Shown: in pieces, positions 1 through 13,838 of the stretch
Layout of the letters: every line of letters begins with the position of its first letter
Numbering within the stretch: position 1 is the stretch's first letter
Origin: Thermoanaerobaculia bacterium
GTDB taxonomy: Bacteria; Acidobacteriota; Thermoanaerobaculia; UBA5066
Direction: 5' to 3'
Assembly: GCA_963719225.1 (NCBI GenBank)
Contig: CAVRAY010000002.1
Coordinates: 320,001 to 384,000 of the forward strand
Length of the DNA: 64,000 nucleotides
Translations under genes and position numbers: made by a program
Notes under the pieces: model-generated
Seen by the model: only the letters and a program-made list of their open reading frames with translations
What the model was told of the DNA's origin: nothing
Database searches by the model: none

Positions 1-688
1 ACGAGCCGCGCGAGCTCCGCCTTCGGGTCGTCCAGGAGCACGATCGCGGCGGCGCACGCCTCGGCGAGGTTGTGCGGCGCGATCTTCGTCGCCATGCCCA
101 CGGCGATGCCCTCGGAGCCGTTCACGAGGAGGTTCGGGAACTTCAGGGGCAGGACGGTGGGCTCCTGCAGCGAGCCGTCGTAGTTCAGCGTCCAGTCGAC
201 GGTCTCCTTGTCGATGTCCTCGCCGAGCATCTCTTCGGCGAGGCGCGTGAGCCGGATCTCGGTGTAGCGCATGGCCGCCGCCGAGTCCCCGTCCACCGAC
301 CCGAAGTTGCCCTGGCCGTCCACGAGCGGCTCGGACATGGAAAAGTCCTGGGCCATCCGGACGATCGTGTCGTAGATCGCGGCGTCGCCGTGCGGATGGT
401 ACTTGCCCATGATGTCGCCGACGAGCCGCGCCGACTTCTTGTAGGGGCGGTTGTGGCGATTCGCCTGCTCCCACATCCCGAAGAGCACGCGGCGGTGGAC
501 GGGCTTGAGGCCGTCGCGCACGTCGGGCAGCGCGCGCCCGACGATGACGGACATCGCGTAATCGAGATAGCTCCGCCGGATCTCCTCCTCGATGGAGACG
601 GGGATCTTCTCCCCCCCGCCCCGCCCCCCCCGCCTACCACCCCGGGCGGGGCGGGGGGCGCCGGGGGCTTCGAGGCGTCGTCAGTCAC
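1..688 (-). CDS. gyrA: DNA gyrase subunit A, 5' part (runs off window); 1-nt frameshift in G-tract ~611-631
   Basis: Frame from 611 downward reads [41 protein letters not shown]...GKYHPHGD...AAAMRYTE. The nearest plausible start (GTG 688) is out of frame by one base. Confidence 0.95.
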
Positions 689-721
689 GCGAGAACCTCG
701 AATGTGCCATCGACAAACAAC

Positions 722-4380
<3,659 letters not shown>

Positions 4381-4388
4381 GCGGCCGA

Positions 4389-5513
4389 CTACATCCTCAT
4401 CGGCATCACGACGTAGAGGTAGCTTCGGATACCCCCCAGGGGTTCCGCCGGGCGGCCCTGGCACTGCGCCTGCTCGTCCTTCACGAAGAGGTGAACGTCC
4501 TTCGTCTCGGCCGCTTCGAGGAATTGCTCGAGGTAGCGCGCGTTGAGACGGAGGGTGACCGGCGCGTGGTCGTATGCGATGGCGATTTCCTGGGATCCGT
4601 CGCCGACTTCCTGGCTCTCGGACGAGACGACGAGGGCGTCCTTCTGGAAGGCGACGCTCACCGCCTTCATCCGGTCACCCGAAAGAAGGGCGATTCTCCG
4701 GACCGCTCCGAGCAGCTCCTCGCGGGGCGCGACGGCTTTCTTGTCGTTCTCCTTGCTGATGACCTTCTCGTAGTCCGGGAAGCGTCGCTCGTCGAGCTTC
4801 GAAAAAAGTCTCCGGCTTCCGACGGAAAAGCCGATGTGGTTGGTGCCCCGAACGATCGTGACGGACGCGTCGTCGCCTGCGTCGAGCTTGCCGAGCTCGT
4901 CCAGGATCTTCTTCGAGACGAGGACCGGCTCGAACCCGGCCTCGGCCTGCGCCCCCTCGACCTCCACGAGGGCCAGCCGATGGCCGTCCGTCGCGACCAT
5001 CTCGACGATTCCGCCCTTCGTCTTGAGAAGAGCCCCCTGGAGCTGGAGCCTCATCTCCTCGGTGGACACGGCGAACCGTACTTTGTCGACCATCCGGCGC
5101 AGCGCACCGAAGGTGAGGGTGAGCGTCGGTCCTCCGGCGGGCTCCGGCCGGGTCGGGTAATCGCCCGCGGGAAGGCCGTTCAGCCGGATCCTGAGCTTCG
5201 GCTCCTTGCACTCGAGGGAGACATGGTTGTTCTCGAGCACCTTGAGTTTTATTTCCGCGTTCGGCGGCAGCTCGCGGACCACGTCGTAGAGGCGCCGCGC
5301 CGGTGCCGTGACCGACCCGCTGCTCTTCAACGCCACGGGAGTGATCTCGGACACGAGCGTCGTATCGAGGTCCGTGGCCGTGAGCGTGAGCGTCTCGCCC
5401 TTGGCCTCGAGCAGGACGTTCGTGAGGATCTGATGCGTCGTCCGCTTCTCGACGACTCCCTGAATCAGGCTCAGTTCTCGGGCCAGGGTCGAGGCCGGAA
5501 GTGTCAGCTCCAC
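4389..5513 (-). CDS. dnaN: DNA polymerase III beta clamp
   Basis: ATDLD, VATDGHRLA, FPDYEKVI, C-terminal VVMPMR. Confidence 0.98.
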   Translation of the reverse strand: MELTLPASTLARELSLIQGVVEKRTTHQILTNVLLEAKGETLTLTATDLDTTLVSEITPVALKSSGSVTAPARRLYDVVRELPPNAEIKLKVLENNHVSLECKEPKLRIRLNGLPAGDYPTRPEPAGGPTLTLTFGALRRMVDKVRFAVSTEEMRLQLQGALLKTKGGIVEMVATDGHRLALVEVEGAQAEAGFEPVLVSKKILDELGKLDAGDDASVTIVRGTNHIGFSVGSRRLFSKLDERRFPDYEKVISKENDKKAVAPREELLGAVRRIALLSGDRMKAVSVAFQKDALVVSSESQEVGDGSQEIAIAYDHAPVTLRLNARYLEQFLEAAETKDVHLFVKDEQAQCQGRPAEPLGGIRSYLYVVMPMRM

Positions 5514-5757
5514 GACGTCTCCTTAGATCCTGAATCCTATCATTTACAGGTTCTCAAAAGTAGCAGAAGACGTAGGCAGGTCCAAAAAGTGCATTGTCCA
5601 TTAAGTTATTATATTTCAATGATTTATAGTGCCATATTACCTGTGAATCTCTCGATGTCCCTTTGTGTAAAGTGGGTCGCCTCAATCGCCTTCTCGGGAC
5701 TTCTCCGCCGCTCTCCGGCGCGACGGGAGTGGACAGAGGAAAAATGAGTGGAAAAGC
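5514..5757. promoter_or_regulatory. putative oriC (dnaA-dnaN intergenic region)
   Basis: AT-rich tract in a GC-rich genome; degenerate DnaA boxes (TGTGAATCT, TGTGTAAAG, AGTGGAAAA); DnaA-trio-like AGTAGCAGAAGACGTAGGC ~5559-5577; IHF-like TTTCAATGATTTA. Confidence 0.8.
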
Positions 5758-7071
5758 TCAGCGAAACTGCGCCAGGAAGCCCGCGAGAAGGCGGTCCAGC
5801 TCGGGATCTTCCTCGCGAAGCGCCGCGATCTTCCGGATGGCGTGAAGCGCCGTCGTGTGGTGCTTGTCGGAAAACAGGCGGCCGATCTCGGGCAGGGAGA
5901 GCCCTGTGGTTTCCTTCAGGACGTACATCGTCACCTGTCGCGCAAACACGATCGGGCCACGCTTCGTCCGGGCACGGAGCTCGGCGGGCTTGAGGCCGTA
6001 ATGGGCGCCGACGAGCTTCAGGATGTCGGCGGGCGTCGTCGCGTGTTCTTCCGCGCGGAAGACGTCGCGCAGCGCTTCCCGGGCGAGGTCGAGAGAGATC
6101 GCCTCCCCCTTCAGGGACGCGAAGGCCACGACCCGGTTGAAATATCCCTCCAGCTCGCGGATGGAGGACTTGATCTTGCCGGCGAGAAAGAAGGCGACGT
6201 CGTCCTCGAGGACGACCTGGTTCGCCTCCGCCTTCTGCCTGAGGATCGCGACTTTCGTCTCGAAGTCGGGAAGCTGGATGTCCACGATGAGGCCGCCCTC
6301 GAACCGGCTCTTCAGGCGATCCGTCAGCCCTGGGATCTCGCGCGGGGGAACGTCGGAGGAGAAGACGATCTGGTTACCTTCGTCGTAGAGCGCGTTGAAC
6401 GTGTGAAAGAGCTCGTTTTCGGAGGCCTCTTTCCCGACCACGAACTGGACGTCGTCGAGGAGGAGGATGTCGGCGGCCCGAAAGCGCTGCCTGAGGCTCT
6501 CCATCTTGTTGAACCTCACGCCGAGCACGACCTCGTTCACGAAGTTTTCCGACGTCAGGTAGATGACCTTTTCACCCGGCCTGCGGGAAAGGCGGCGGTG
6601 TCCGATCGCCTGCATGAGGTGGGTCTTGCCCAGGCCCGTTCCTCCGCAGATGAAAAGAGGGTTGTACTGCCGGGACGTCTGGTCCGCCACGCGCAGGGCC
6701 GCGGCATGAGCCAGGCGGTTCGACTCGCCGGTCACGAAGTGCTCGAACGTGTACGCGGGGTTCAGGCCGCCCGCCCGGCGGCGGGGCTCGGCGGGAACCT
6801 TCTGGGGATTGACCGCGGACCGGTACTCGCCGTCCGCCCCGAACCGGATTTCCCGGGTGCCGGCGCCCGCGAGCCGGGCCGCTTCGGCGATCTGCACGGC
6901 GTAGGCCTCGGGGATGTAGTCCACGAAAAGCGGGGTGCGCACCTGGACGAAGATGGCCTCGGGCGACTCGGACTTTTGCCTCGAGTCGCGGAACCACGAG
7001 TCGAACTCGCGCTCGTCAACGCGGGTTTTCAGGTGCTCGAGGATCTTGGCCCAGGTCGTCTGCTTTTCCAC
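5758..7071 (-). CDS. dnaA: chromosomal replication initiator DnaA
   Basis: [50 protein letters not shown]; GGAG upstream of GTG 7071. Confidence 0.98.
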   Translation of the reverse strand: MEKQTTWAKILEHLKTRVDEREFDSWFRDSRQKSESPEAIFVQVRTPLFVDYIPEAYAVQIAEAARLAGAGTREIRFGADGEYRSAVNPQKVPAEPRRRAGGLNPAYTFEHFVTGESNRLAHAAALRVADQTSRQYNPLFICGGTGLGKTHLMQAIGHRRLSRRPGEKVIYLTSENFVNEVVLGVRFNKMESLRQRFRAADILLLDDVQFVVGKEASENELFHTFNALYDEGNQIVFSSDVPPREIPGLTDRLKSRFEGGLIVDIQLPDFETKVAILRQKAEANQVVLEDDVAFFLAGKIKSSIRELEGYFNRVVAFASLKGEAISLDLAREALRDVFRAEEHATTPADILKLVGAHYGLKPAELRARTKRGPIVFARQVTMYVLKETTGLSLPEIGRLFSDKHHTTALHAIRKIAALREEDPELDRLLAGFLAQFR

Positions 7072-7094
7072 AGGATCTCCACCGCTGTGCAAAA
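7064..7094. promoter_or_regulatory. two DnaA boxes at the dnaA start
   Basis: TTTTCCACA 7064-7072 and TGTGCAAAA 7086-7094 both match TTWTNCACA. Confidence 0.7.
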
Positions 7095-7155
7095 CGGGTT
7101 TTTGCGGGGGAGGCGGATGGTATCAGCGCGCATCCGGCGGGAAAAGACCATTCGG

Positions 7156-7184
7156 TTGACAGGACCGAGAGAAGCCCCGAGAAT
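7156..7184 (+). promoter_or_regulatory. sigma70-like promoter for rpmH
   Basis: TTGACA-17 nt-GAGAAT. Confidence 0.6.
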
Positions 7185-7214
7185 CCGCATCCCCGTCGGA
7201 GGGTTTCAAGCATC

Positions 7215-7358
7215 ATGGCCAAGAGCAAACGCACGTTCCAGCCCAACAACCGTCACCGGAACAGGACCCATGGGTTCCTCGTCCGGATGAGGACCAAGTC
7301 GGGCAGGGCCGTCCTCGCCCGCCGTCGGGCGAAAGGGCGCAAGCGCCTCTCCGCCTGA
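7215..7358 (+). CDS. rpmH: 50S ribosomal protein L34 (not in ORF track)
   Basis: Hand translation [47 protein letters not shown]. Confidence 0.97.
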   Translation: MAKSKRTFQPNNRHRNRTHGFLVRMRTKSGRAVLARRRAKGRKRLSA

Positions 7359-7427
7359 GCGGAGGAGGCAACCGGGAATCCACGTCTCGTCTCAGCGAAG
7401 AGGCGGACGCGGCGTCCGGCCGGAGCC

Positions 7428-7820
7428 ATGCACGCACGGGCCAGCCTCGCCTCCCCCCGCCCGAAGGGCGAAGCGTTTCCGCGGTCGAGCCGTATCGGAG
7501 CGCGACGCGATTTTCGCGCCGCCTATGAGGGTGGCGTCAAGCACCCTGGCCGACTCGTCGTCGTGTTCGCAAGGCCCCGGGTCCAGGGGGGTCTCCGGCT
7601 CGGCCTCACGGCGACGCGCAAGGCGGGCGGCGCGGTCGTTCGAAACCGCGCCCGGCGCCGCGTCCGCGAGATCTTTCGACTCTGGGCGGCGACGGCGAAG
7701 GGCGCCGACGTGGATCTCGTCGTGAACATCTCGGAGCGGGCGGCACGCGCCTCCTACGCGGCCCTCTCCGCGGAAGTGACGGCGCTCTTTTCACGCGCCG
7801 CCCCGGAAGCTCGAAAATGA
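7428..7820 (+). CDS. rnpA: RNase P protein component
   Basis: [25 protein letters not shown]; synteny. Confidence 0.95.
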   Translation: MHARASLASPRPKGEAFPRSSRIGARRDFRAAYEGGVKHPGRLVVVFARPRVQGGLRLGLTATRKAGGAVVRNRARRRVREIFRLWAATAKGADVDLVVNISERAARASYAALSAEVTALFSRAAPEARK

Positions 7821-8047
7821 CGGCGCTCTCGATCTCGCCGTCCCGCGCCCTCGCGGGGATTTTTGGTGCCTACAAGCGCTTCGTGTCGCCGCTGCTCCCG
7901 CCCGCGTGCCGGTTCGTTCCCACGTGTTCGGAGTACGCGCGCGAGGCGGTGACGCGCTACGGCGTCTTACGGGGTCTCGCCCTGGCCGTACGGCGCCTCG
8001 CCCGCTGCCACCCGTTCCATGCGGGTGGTCCCGATCCGGTTCCCTGA
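7817..8047 (+). CDS. yidD: membrane protein insertion efficiency factor YidD
   Basis: [24 protein letters not shown]. Confidence 0.96.
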   Translation: MTALSISPSRALAGIFGAYKRFVSPLLPPACRFVPTCSEYAREAVTRYGVLRGLALAVRRLARCHPFHAGGPDPVP

Positions 8048-8062
8048 AACAGAGGAGATCTC

Positions 8063-9778
8063 TTGGAAACGAAGCGCCTCGTTCTCGCTTTTGCGCTCTC
8101 GGCCGCCGTGCTGATCGGCTGGACGATTCTGTTTCCTCCGCCCAAGCCGAGCGCGCCCGCCGCCCGGCCGGTGGTGACCGCGCCGGCGACAGCACCGACG
8201 ACCCCCTCGGCGGCCGCGGTAGCCGCGACGACGGGGGCCGCAGTTCCCTCGACGCGGAGCGCCTCGCCCCCTTCGCCGCCGGCGGTTCGCGAGAAGGTGG
8301 CACCCGTGGCAGCGGCCGCCGAGGAGCCGGTCGAGGTGCGCAGCCCGCTCTACACGGCACGCCTGTCGAACGAGGGCGGCGCCCTGAAGTCTTTCATCCT
8401 GACGCATCATCGCGACGGCGCCGGAAAGGCGCTCGATCTCGTGCGGCAGGGGCCGCCGTTCCCGGGAGTGACCCTCACGCTCGATCCGGCCGACCCGTTT
8501 CTCGAACGGGCCCGGAAAGCGTATTTCACCGTCGAGAGAGAGAGCGGCAACGGCGTGACCTCGGTGCGCTTCCGATACCGCGAGGCGAGCGGAGAAGGGC
8601 TCGTCCGCTCGTACGTGTTCCGGGATTCCTACGTCGTCGCCGTGAAGGTCGAGCGCGAGGGCGCGGCCGGCGCTCCGGTCGGGCTCGTCCTCGGGCCCGG
8701 AATCGGCAATCCGTCTCCCGAGGAGCTTTCGAGCCGCTATTCCAAACCGGGGGAGACCGTGACGCTTTCCGCGGCGGGCTCCGTGGACCGAAAGGCGAAA
8801 GACTCGCTCAAGGAGCCCCTGCCGAAAGGAGCGGGGCTGGTCGCCGCGGGCATCGAGGACAACTACTTTCTCACGGCCTTTCTCCCGTCCGCCGCCGCGG
8901 CCGTGACCCTGCGGCCGGTGACGCTCGCCGCGCCGGCCGTGCCCGAAGGCAAGCCCGCGGCCGCTGGCAAGCCCGCCGCCGCGGAAGCGGAGAGCGAGGT
9001 CGTTCTGTCCGCGCCGAACGCGCTCGCGACGGACGTCTTCCTGGGCCCGAAGGAGCTGGACGTCCTCGAGAAGACGCGCCCCGGCATGGACCGCCTCATC
9101 GACTACGGCTGGTACGCGATCGTCGTGAAGCCGCTCCTGTGGGGTCTCAAGGCGATCCAGAAGGTCGTCGGAAACTGGGGCGTCGCCATCCTCGTCATCA
9201 CGGTCATCATCAAGATCCTCCTCTATCCCCTCACGCACAAACAGCTCGTCTCGATGAAGAAGATGAGCGTCCTGCAGCCGAAGGTCGAGACGATTCGCGC
9301 GAAGTGGGCGGGGAAGATCAAGCAGGACGCAGGGGCGCGGACGAAGATGAACGAGGAGATGATGGCCCTCTACAAGCAGGAGGGCGTCAACCCCGCCGGG
9401 GGCTGCCTGCCGCTTCTCCTGCAGATGCCTATCCTCATCGCGTTCTACAACCTGCTCGCGCACTCGATCGAGCTGCGTCACGCCCCGTTCATGCTGTGGA
9501 TCACGGACCTCTCGGCGAAGGATCCCTACTACGTCACGCCCATCCTCATGACGGCGACGATGTGGATCCAGCAGCAGATGACGCCCGCGGGCGGCGATCC
9601 CACGATGCGGAAGGTCCAGAACATCATGCCGCTCGTCATGGGTTTCCTCTTCAAGGACGTCCCCTCGGGTCTCGTTCTCTACTGGCTCATGCAGAACATC
9701 CTCACGATCGGGCAGCAGATGCTCCTGAACCGATTCACCGACCTCGGCCCGGCCTCGATGAAGCCGAAGGCACCCTGA
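8063..9778 (+). CDS. yidC: membrane protein insertase YidC
   Basis: IDYGW, NWGVAI, GGCLPLLLQMPI, DLSAKDPYY, GLVLYW. Confidence 0.97.
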   Translation: METKRLVLAFALSAAVLIGWTILFPPPKPSAPAARPVVTAPATAPTTPSAAAVAATTGAAVPSTRSASPPSPPAVREKVAPVAAAAEEPVEVRSPLYTARLSNEGGALKSFILTHHRDGAGKALDLVRQGPPFPGVTLTLDPADPFLERARKAYFTVERESGNGVTSVRFRYREASGEGLVRSYVFRDSYVVAVKVEREGAAGAPVGLVLGPGIGNPSPEELSSRYSKPGETVTLSAAGSVDRKAKDSLKEPLPKGAGLVAAGIEDNYFLTAFLPSAAAAVTLRPVTLAAPAVPEGKPAAAGKPAAAEAESEVVLSAPNALATDVFLGPKELDVLEKTRPGMDRLIDYGWYAIVVKPLLWGLKAIQKVVGNWGVAILVITVIIKILLYPLTHKQLVSMKKMSVLQPKVETIRAKWAGKIKQDAGARTKMNEEMMALYKQEGVNPAGGCLPLLLQMPILIAFYNLLAHSIELRHAPFMLWITDLSAKDPYYVTPILMTATMWIQQQMTPAGGDPTMRKVQNIMPLVMGFLFKDVPSGLVLYWLMQNILTIGQQMLLNRFTDLGPASMKPKAP

Positions 9779-9803
9779 CGCGCGCGCGTCGGAGAAAAGG
9801 TCC

Positions 9804-11273
9804 ATGGCGCCCCTCGTGGCCGACCCGGACCGCGGAGGAGACGTCCTCGTCGCCGCCGCGACTCCTCCCGGCGTCTCGGCGCTCGCGGTCGTCCGGCTGA
9901 CGGGTCCCCGGGGCCGGACGCTTGCGGTCGCGCGACGGCTCGCGCCGGGCCTGGCGGAAACGCCGCGGCCGCGCGAAGCGACGTTGCACGGTTTCGTGGG
10001 CGAGGACGGCCGCCTCCTGGATCGCGGCCTCGTGCTCTTTTTTCCGGCGCCGCGCTCGGTCACGGGCGAGGAGGTCGTGGAGCTGTTCTGCCACGGTTCG
10101 CCGGCGATCCTCGCGGGGCTGCTGGCGGCGGCGCGCGGGGCGGGGGCGAGGCCGGCCGCGCGCGGCGAGTTCACGCGGCGCGCCCTCGCGAACGGCAAGC
10201 TCGATCTCGCCGAAGCCGAAGGGCTCGCGGCGCTCGCACGGGCGGAGAGCCTGGGGACGGCGCGCCGGGCGCTCTCGCTCGCGGAAGGAGAGCTGTCGCG
10301 GCGCGTCTCCCGGGCGCGCGAGAGGATTCTGGACGTCCTCTCGGGGCTCGAGGCCGCGCTGGATTTCGCGGAGGACGTTCCCGAGGAGGACCTGAGAACG
10401 GCCGCGGAGGCGCTCGAGGCTGTCGCGTCGGACTGTGACGCGCTCGTCGCGGCCGCCGCGCGCGGAGGAGCGCGTGACCGCAGGAAGCTGGTTGCGATTC
10501 TCGGGCGGCCGAACGCGGGGAAGTCGACGCTCTTCAACGCTCTCGTCGGGCGCGACCGCGCCATCGTCACGGCCGTGCCGGGCACGACACGGGACGCGAT
10601 CTCGGAGACCTGCGAGCTCTCGGGCGAGACGGTGACGCTCCTCGACACGGCGGGACTCCGCTCGACCGAGGACGAAGTCGAGAAGATCGGCGTCGCGGTC
10701 GCGGAGCGGGCGGGAGAGAAGGCAGACCTCGTCCTGTATGTGGTCGACGCGATTCGTGGAATGTCCGAAGAGGACGAAGATTTTCTTAGAAGGGGAAGAG
10801 GGGAAGGGATGCTCCTCGTGAAGACGAAGGCCGATCTCGTGCGGCAAGGGCCGTCGCCCTCAGGCGTGAGAGGCGCCGGCGCGCAACCGGCTGCAGTTGC
10901 TGCGCCGCCCCGGCCCGTATTTCCTTTCAAAGAAAATCTTTCTTTCTCTTCCTCTTCTTCTTCCTTCGGGCTCCTCGTCTCCGCCGTCACAGGCGCAGGG
11001 ATCGACGCGCTGCGTGCCGCGATCGCCGCGCACCTCGGGCTCGTCGAGGCGGACGGCGACCTCCTCGTCCTCGAACGTCACCGCGAGTCCCTCTCGTCCG
11101 CGGCGTCTTCGCTGCGCGAGGCGGCGGCCCTCGCGCGGGAGGCGGGGGGCGCGCCGGAGCTCGTCGCGGTCCGCGTGCGCGAGGCGCTTTCGGCACTGGG
11201 GACGATCACCGGAGAGACGGCCACGGAAGAGCTCCTCGACCGGATCTTCGCGACCTTCTGCGTGGGCAAGTAG
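9804..11273 (+). CDS. mnmE: tRNA modification GTPase MnmE
   Basis: GRPNAGKSTL, GTTRD, DTAG, C-terminal FCVGK. Confidence 0.96.
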   Translation: MAPLVADPDRGGDVLVAAATPPGVSALAVVRLTGPRGRTLAVARRLAPGLAETPRPREATLHGFVGEDGRLLDRGLVLFFPAPRSVTGEEVVELFCHGSPAILAGLLAAARGAGARPAARGEFTRRALANGKLDLAEAEGLAALARAESLGTARRALSLAEGELSRRVSRARERILDVLSGLEAALDFAEDVPEEDLRTAAEALEAVASDCDALVAAAARGGARDRRKLVAILGRPNAGKSTLFNALVGRDRAIVTAVPGTTRDAISETCELSGETVTLLDTAGLRSTEDEVEKIGVAVAERAGEKADLVLYVVDAIRGMSEEDEDFLRRGRGEGMLLVKTKADLVRQGPSPSGVRGAGAQPAAVAAPPRPVFPFKENLSFSSSSSSFGLLVSAVTGAGIDALRAAIAAHLGLVEADGDLLVLERHRESLSSAASSLREAAALAREAGGAPELVAVRVREALSALGTITGETATEELLDRIFATFCVGK

Positions 11274-11283
11274 AGTGGCGGGG

Positions 11284-13191
11284 ATGGAGTCGCGGTGGGA
11301 CGTCGTGGTGGTCGGAGGGGGCCATGCGGGCTGCGAGGCCGCGCTCGCCTCCGCGCGCCTCGGAAGAAAGACGCTTCTCCTCACGCGCGAGCGCGCGACC
11401 ATCGGACGCATGAGCTGCAATCCGGCGGTCGGAGGCCTCGCGAAAGGACAGGTCGTCCGCGAGATCGACGCCCTCGGGGGCGCGATGGGACTCGTCGCGG
11501 ATCGGACGGCCATCCAGTTCAAGGTCCTCAATGCCTCGCGCGGAACCGCCGTGCGCGGCCTGCGCTGCCAGTCCGACAAGGCGCTCTACGCCGCCGAGAT
11601 GGCGCGGGTTCTCGACGGAGCGCCGAACCTCTCCGTGGGGGAGGGCACGGTCGCGGGCTTCCGGGTGCGCGGCGGGCGCCTCGCCGGCCTGACCCTCGAG
11701 GACGGCGCGTCTCTCGCGTGCCGCGCGGCGGTCGTGACGACCGGGACGTTTCTGCGCGGACTCATCCACGTGGGCGACGTCGCGCGGGAAGCCGGCCGCT
11801 GGAACGAGCCGCCGGCGCGGTCGCTGTCCGATGCGCTCCGCGCGCTCGGGCTTCGTCTCGGGCGGATGAAGACCGGCACTCCGCCGCGGGTTCGCGCCGG
11901 GACCGTGGACGTCGCGAAGATGACGCGCGCCCCGGGCGACGCCCGGCCGATCGCCTTTTCGTTCCGGTCGCGGCGCGAGATCTTCCCCCGGCAGAGGCAG
12001 GTCGATTGCTGGCTCACGCACACCGACGAGGCCGTCCACGACCTCATCCGGAAAAGCCTTCCGCTCTCCCCGCTCTACTCCGGCCGGATCGTCGGCCGCG
12101 GGCCACGCTATTGCCCTTCCATCGAGGACAAGGTCGTGCGCTTTTCGGACAAGCCCCGCCACCAGATCTTCGTCGAGCCGGAAGGGCTCTCGACGAACTG
12201 GCTCTATCTCAACGGCCTTTCCATGTCTCTGCCGGAGGAAATCCAGAAATCAATCGTAAGAATGATTTCCGGCCTCGAGCGGGCCGAGTTCCTCAGGCCG
12301 GCCTATGCCGTCGAATACGACATGGTTTTCCCGGAGCAGCTGGACGTCTCTCTCGAGACGCGCGCCCTTCCGGGCCTCTTCCTCGCGGGGCAGATCAACG
12401 GCACGTCCGGATACGAGGAAGCCGCGGGCCAGGGGCTCGTCGGGGGCGCAAATGCCGCCCGCACGGCGGGCGGCGAGGCCCCGCTCCGGCTCGGAAGGCA
12501 CGAAGCCTACATCGGCGTGATGCTGGACGACCTGGTCACGCTCGGCCTCGAGGAGCCGTACCGGCTCCTGACGTCACGGGCGGAGTACCGCCTCCTCCTC
12601 GGCGCCGACACGGCGTACGCGCGCCTCACGGAGACGGCGCTCGCGCACGGGCTCGTGACGGAGGAAGACGCGGGGCCCGTCCTCGAGGCCGAAGCCCGGA
12701 TCGCGCGCGCACGCGCGAGCCTGGGCGCCGCGCGCGTCCGTCCGGATCGCGCCACGAAGGAGCGCCTCGAGAAGCGGGGCGTCGACCTGAGCGAGGAGAC
12801 GACGCTCGGGGGCCTTCTCCGCCGGCCGCAGGCCGACCTCGACGTGCTTCGGGAGATCTTCTCGGAGATCCTCGAACGGGAAACCGTCGCCGACCTCGAC
12901 GCCCTCCAGGCAGAGGAGCGGGAACGAATCGTCTCGGACTTCCGCTACGAAGGCTTCGTCTCGCGCGAGCGCGAGGCCGTCGCCCGCGTGGCGCGCGCCC
13001 TCGAACGCGTCTTTCCCGCCGAATTCGTCTACCGGGGGATTCCCGGCCTGTCGAGAGAGGCGGTCGAGAAGCTGGAGAGGCATCGGCCCCGCACGCTCGG
13101 CCAGGCCTCGCGGCTGCCGGGCGTCACGTCGGCCGCCGTGACCGTGCTCCTCGCCCGTCTCCTTTCCTCGGGGCGCGGAGTCGCGGCGTGA
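11284..13191 (+). CDS. mnmG: tRNA modification enzyme MnmG/GidA
   Basis: GGGHAGCEAA, MSCNPAVGG, GPRYCPSIEDK, AGQINGTSGYEEAA, SRAEYRL. Confidence 0.97.
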   Translation: MESRWDVVVVGGGHAGCEAALASARLGRKTLLLTRERATIGRMSCNPAVGGLAKGQVVREIDALGGAMGLVADRTAIQFKVLNASRGTAVRGLRCQSDKALYAAEMARVLDGAPNLSVGEGTVAGFRVRGGRLAGLTLEDGASLACRAAVVTTGTFLRGLIHVGDVAREAGRWNEPPARSLSDALRALGLRLGRMKTGTPPRVRAGTVDVAKMTRAPGDARPIAFSFRSRREIFPRQRQVDCWLTHTDEAVHDLIRKSLPLSPLYSGRIVGRGPRYCPSIEDKVVRFSDKPRHQIFVEPEGLSTNWLYLNGLSMSLPEEIQKSIVRMISGLERAEFLRPAYAVEYDMVFPEQLDVSLETRALPGLFLAGQINGTSGYEEAAGQGLVGGANAARTAGGEAPLRLGRHEAYIGVMLDDLVTLGLEEPYRLLTSRAEYRLLLGADTAYARLTETALAHGLVTEEDAGPVLEAEARIARARASLGAARVRPDRATKERLEKRGVDLSEETTLGGLLRRPQADLDVLREIFSEILERETVADLDALQAEERERIVSDFRYEGFVSREREAVARVARALERVFPAEFVYRGIPGLSREAVEKLERHRPRTLGQASRLPGVTSAAVTVLLARLLSSGRGVAA

Positions 13192-13838
13192 CCCTCGAGC
13201 AGAAAGTCCGGCGAATCGCCGCGGGCCTTCCCGAAGAGGAGCGCGTCCGGGTCCTCTCCGAGGCCGGCCGGCTCGCGAGTTACCTTTCGTTCCTCCTCGA
13301 GAAAAACGCGGTCATGAACCTCGTCTCGGCTCGTTCCGCGGAAGGCGACGTCCTCGCGGGCACGCATCTTTTCGATTCTCTTCTCGGCCTCGCGCTGCTG
13401 CAACGCCCCCGGGGCCGATCGATGAAGCTTCTCGATCTCGGCTCGGGCGGCGGCTTCCCCGCCATTCCGCTCCTCGTCACGCGCCCGGACCTCGAGGGGA
13501 CGCTCGTGGAAGCCTCCTCCAAGAAAGCGGCGTACCTCGAAGAGGCGCTGGAGCGCCTCGCATTGACCGGCCATGTCGTGAACGCCAGATTCCCCGACTC
13601 TTTTCCTGTGGCCGAGAATCCGCGTTACGAGGTGCTGACAACGCGCGCCGTAGCCTCGGCAGGAAAGCTCGTGCGCGCGGCGCAGCCCCTGCTCACCCCG
13701 GGCGCGAGGGCTCTCCTCTGGACGAGCGAGCCGCTCGCGGCCGAGGCAGTGCGGGCGAGCGGCGCGGCCCGCTCGGCCTTCCACCGCGCGCCTGCCGCGG
13801 AACGCCGCGGCCTCCTTTTTCTCGAGTGTTTCACGTGA
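13188..13838 (+). CDS. rsmG: 16S rRNA m7G527 methyltransferase
   Basis: MNLVS, HLFDSL, LDLGSGGGFPAIPL, TTRAVA; gidA-gidB-parA order. Confidence 0.92.
   Translation: MTLEQKVRRIAAGLPEEERVRVLSEAGRLASYLSFLLEKNAVMNLVSARSAEGDVLAGTHLFDSLLGLALLQRPRGRSMKLLDLGSGGGFPAIPLLVTRPDLEGTLVEASSKKAAYLEEALERLALTGHVVNARFPDSFPVAENPRYEVLTTRAVASAGKLVRAAQPLLTPGARALLWTSEPLAAEAVRASGAARSAFHRAPAAERRGLLFLECFT

Noticed and set aside
10777-10940. MITE inserted in mnmE
   Set aside because: The DNA between the inverted repeats encodes the conserved G4 motif, so it is not a single inserted element
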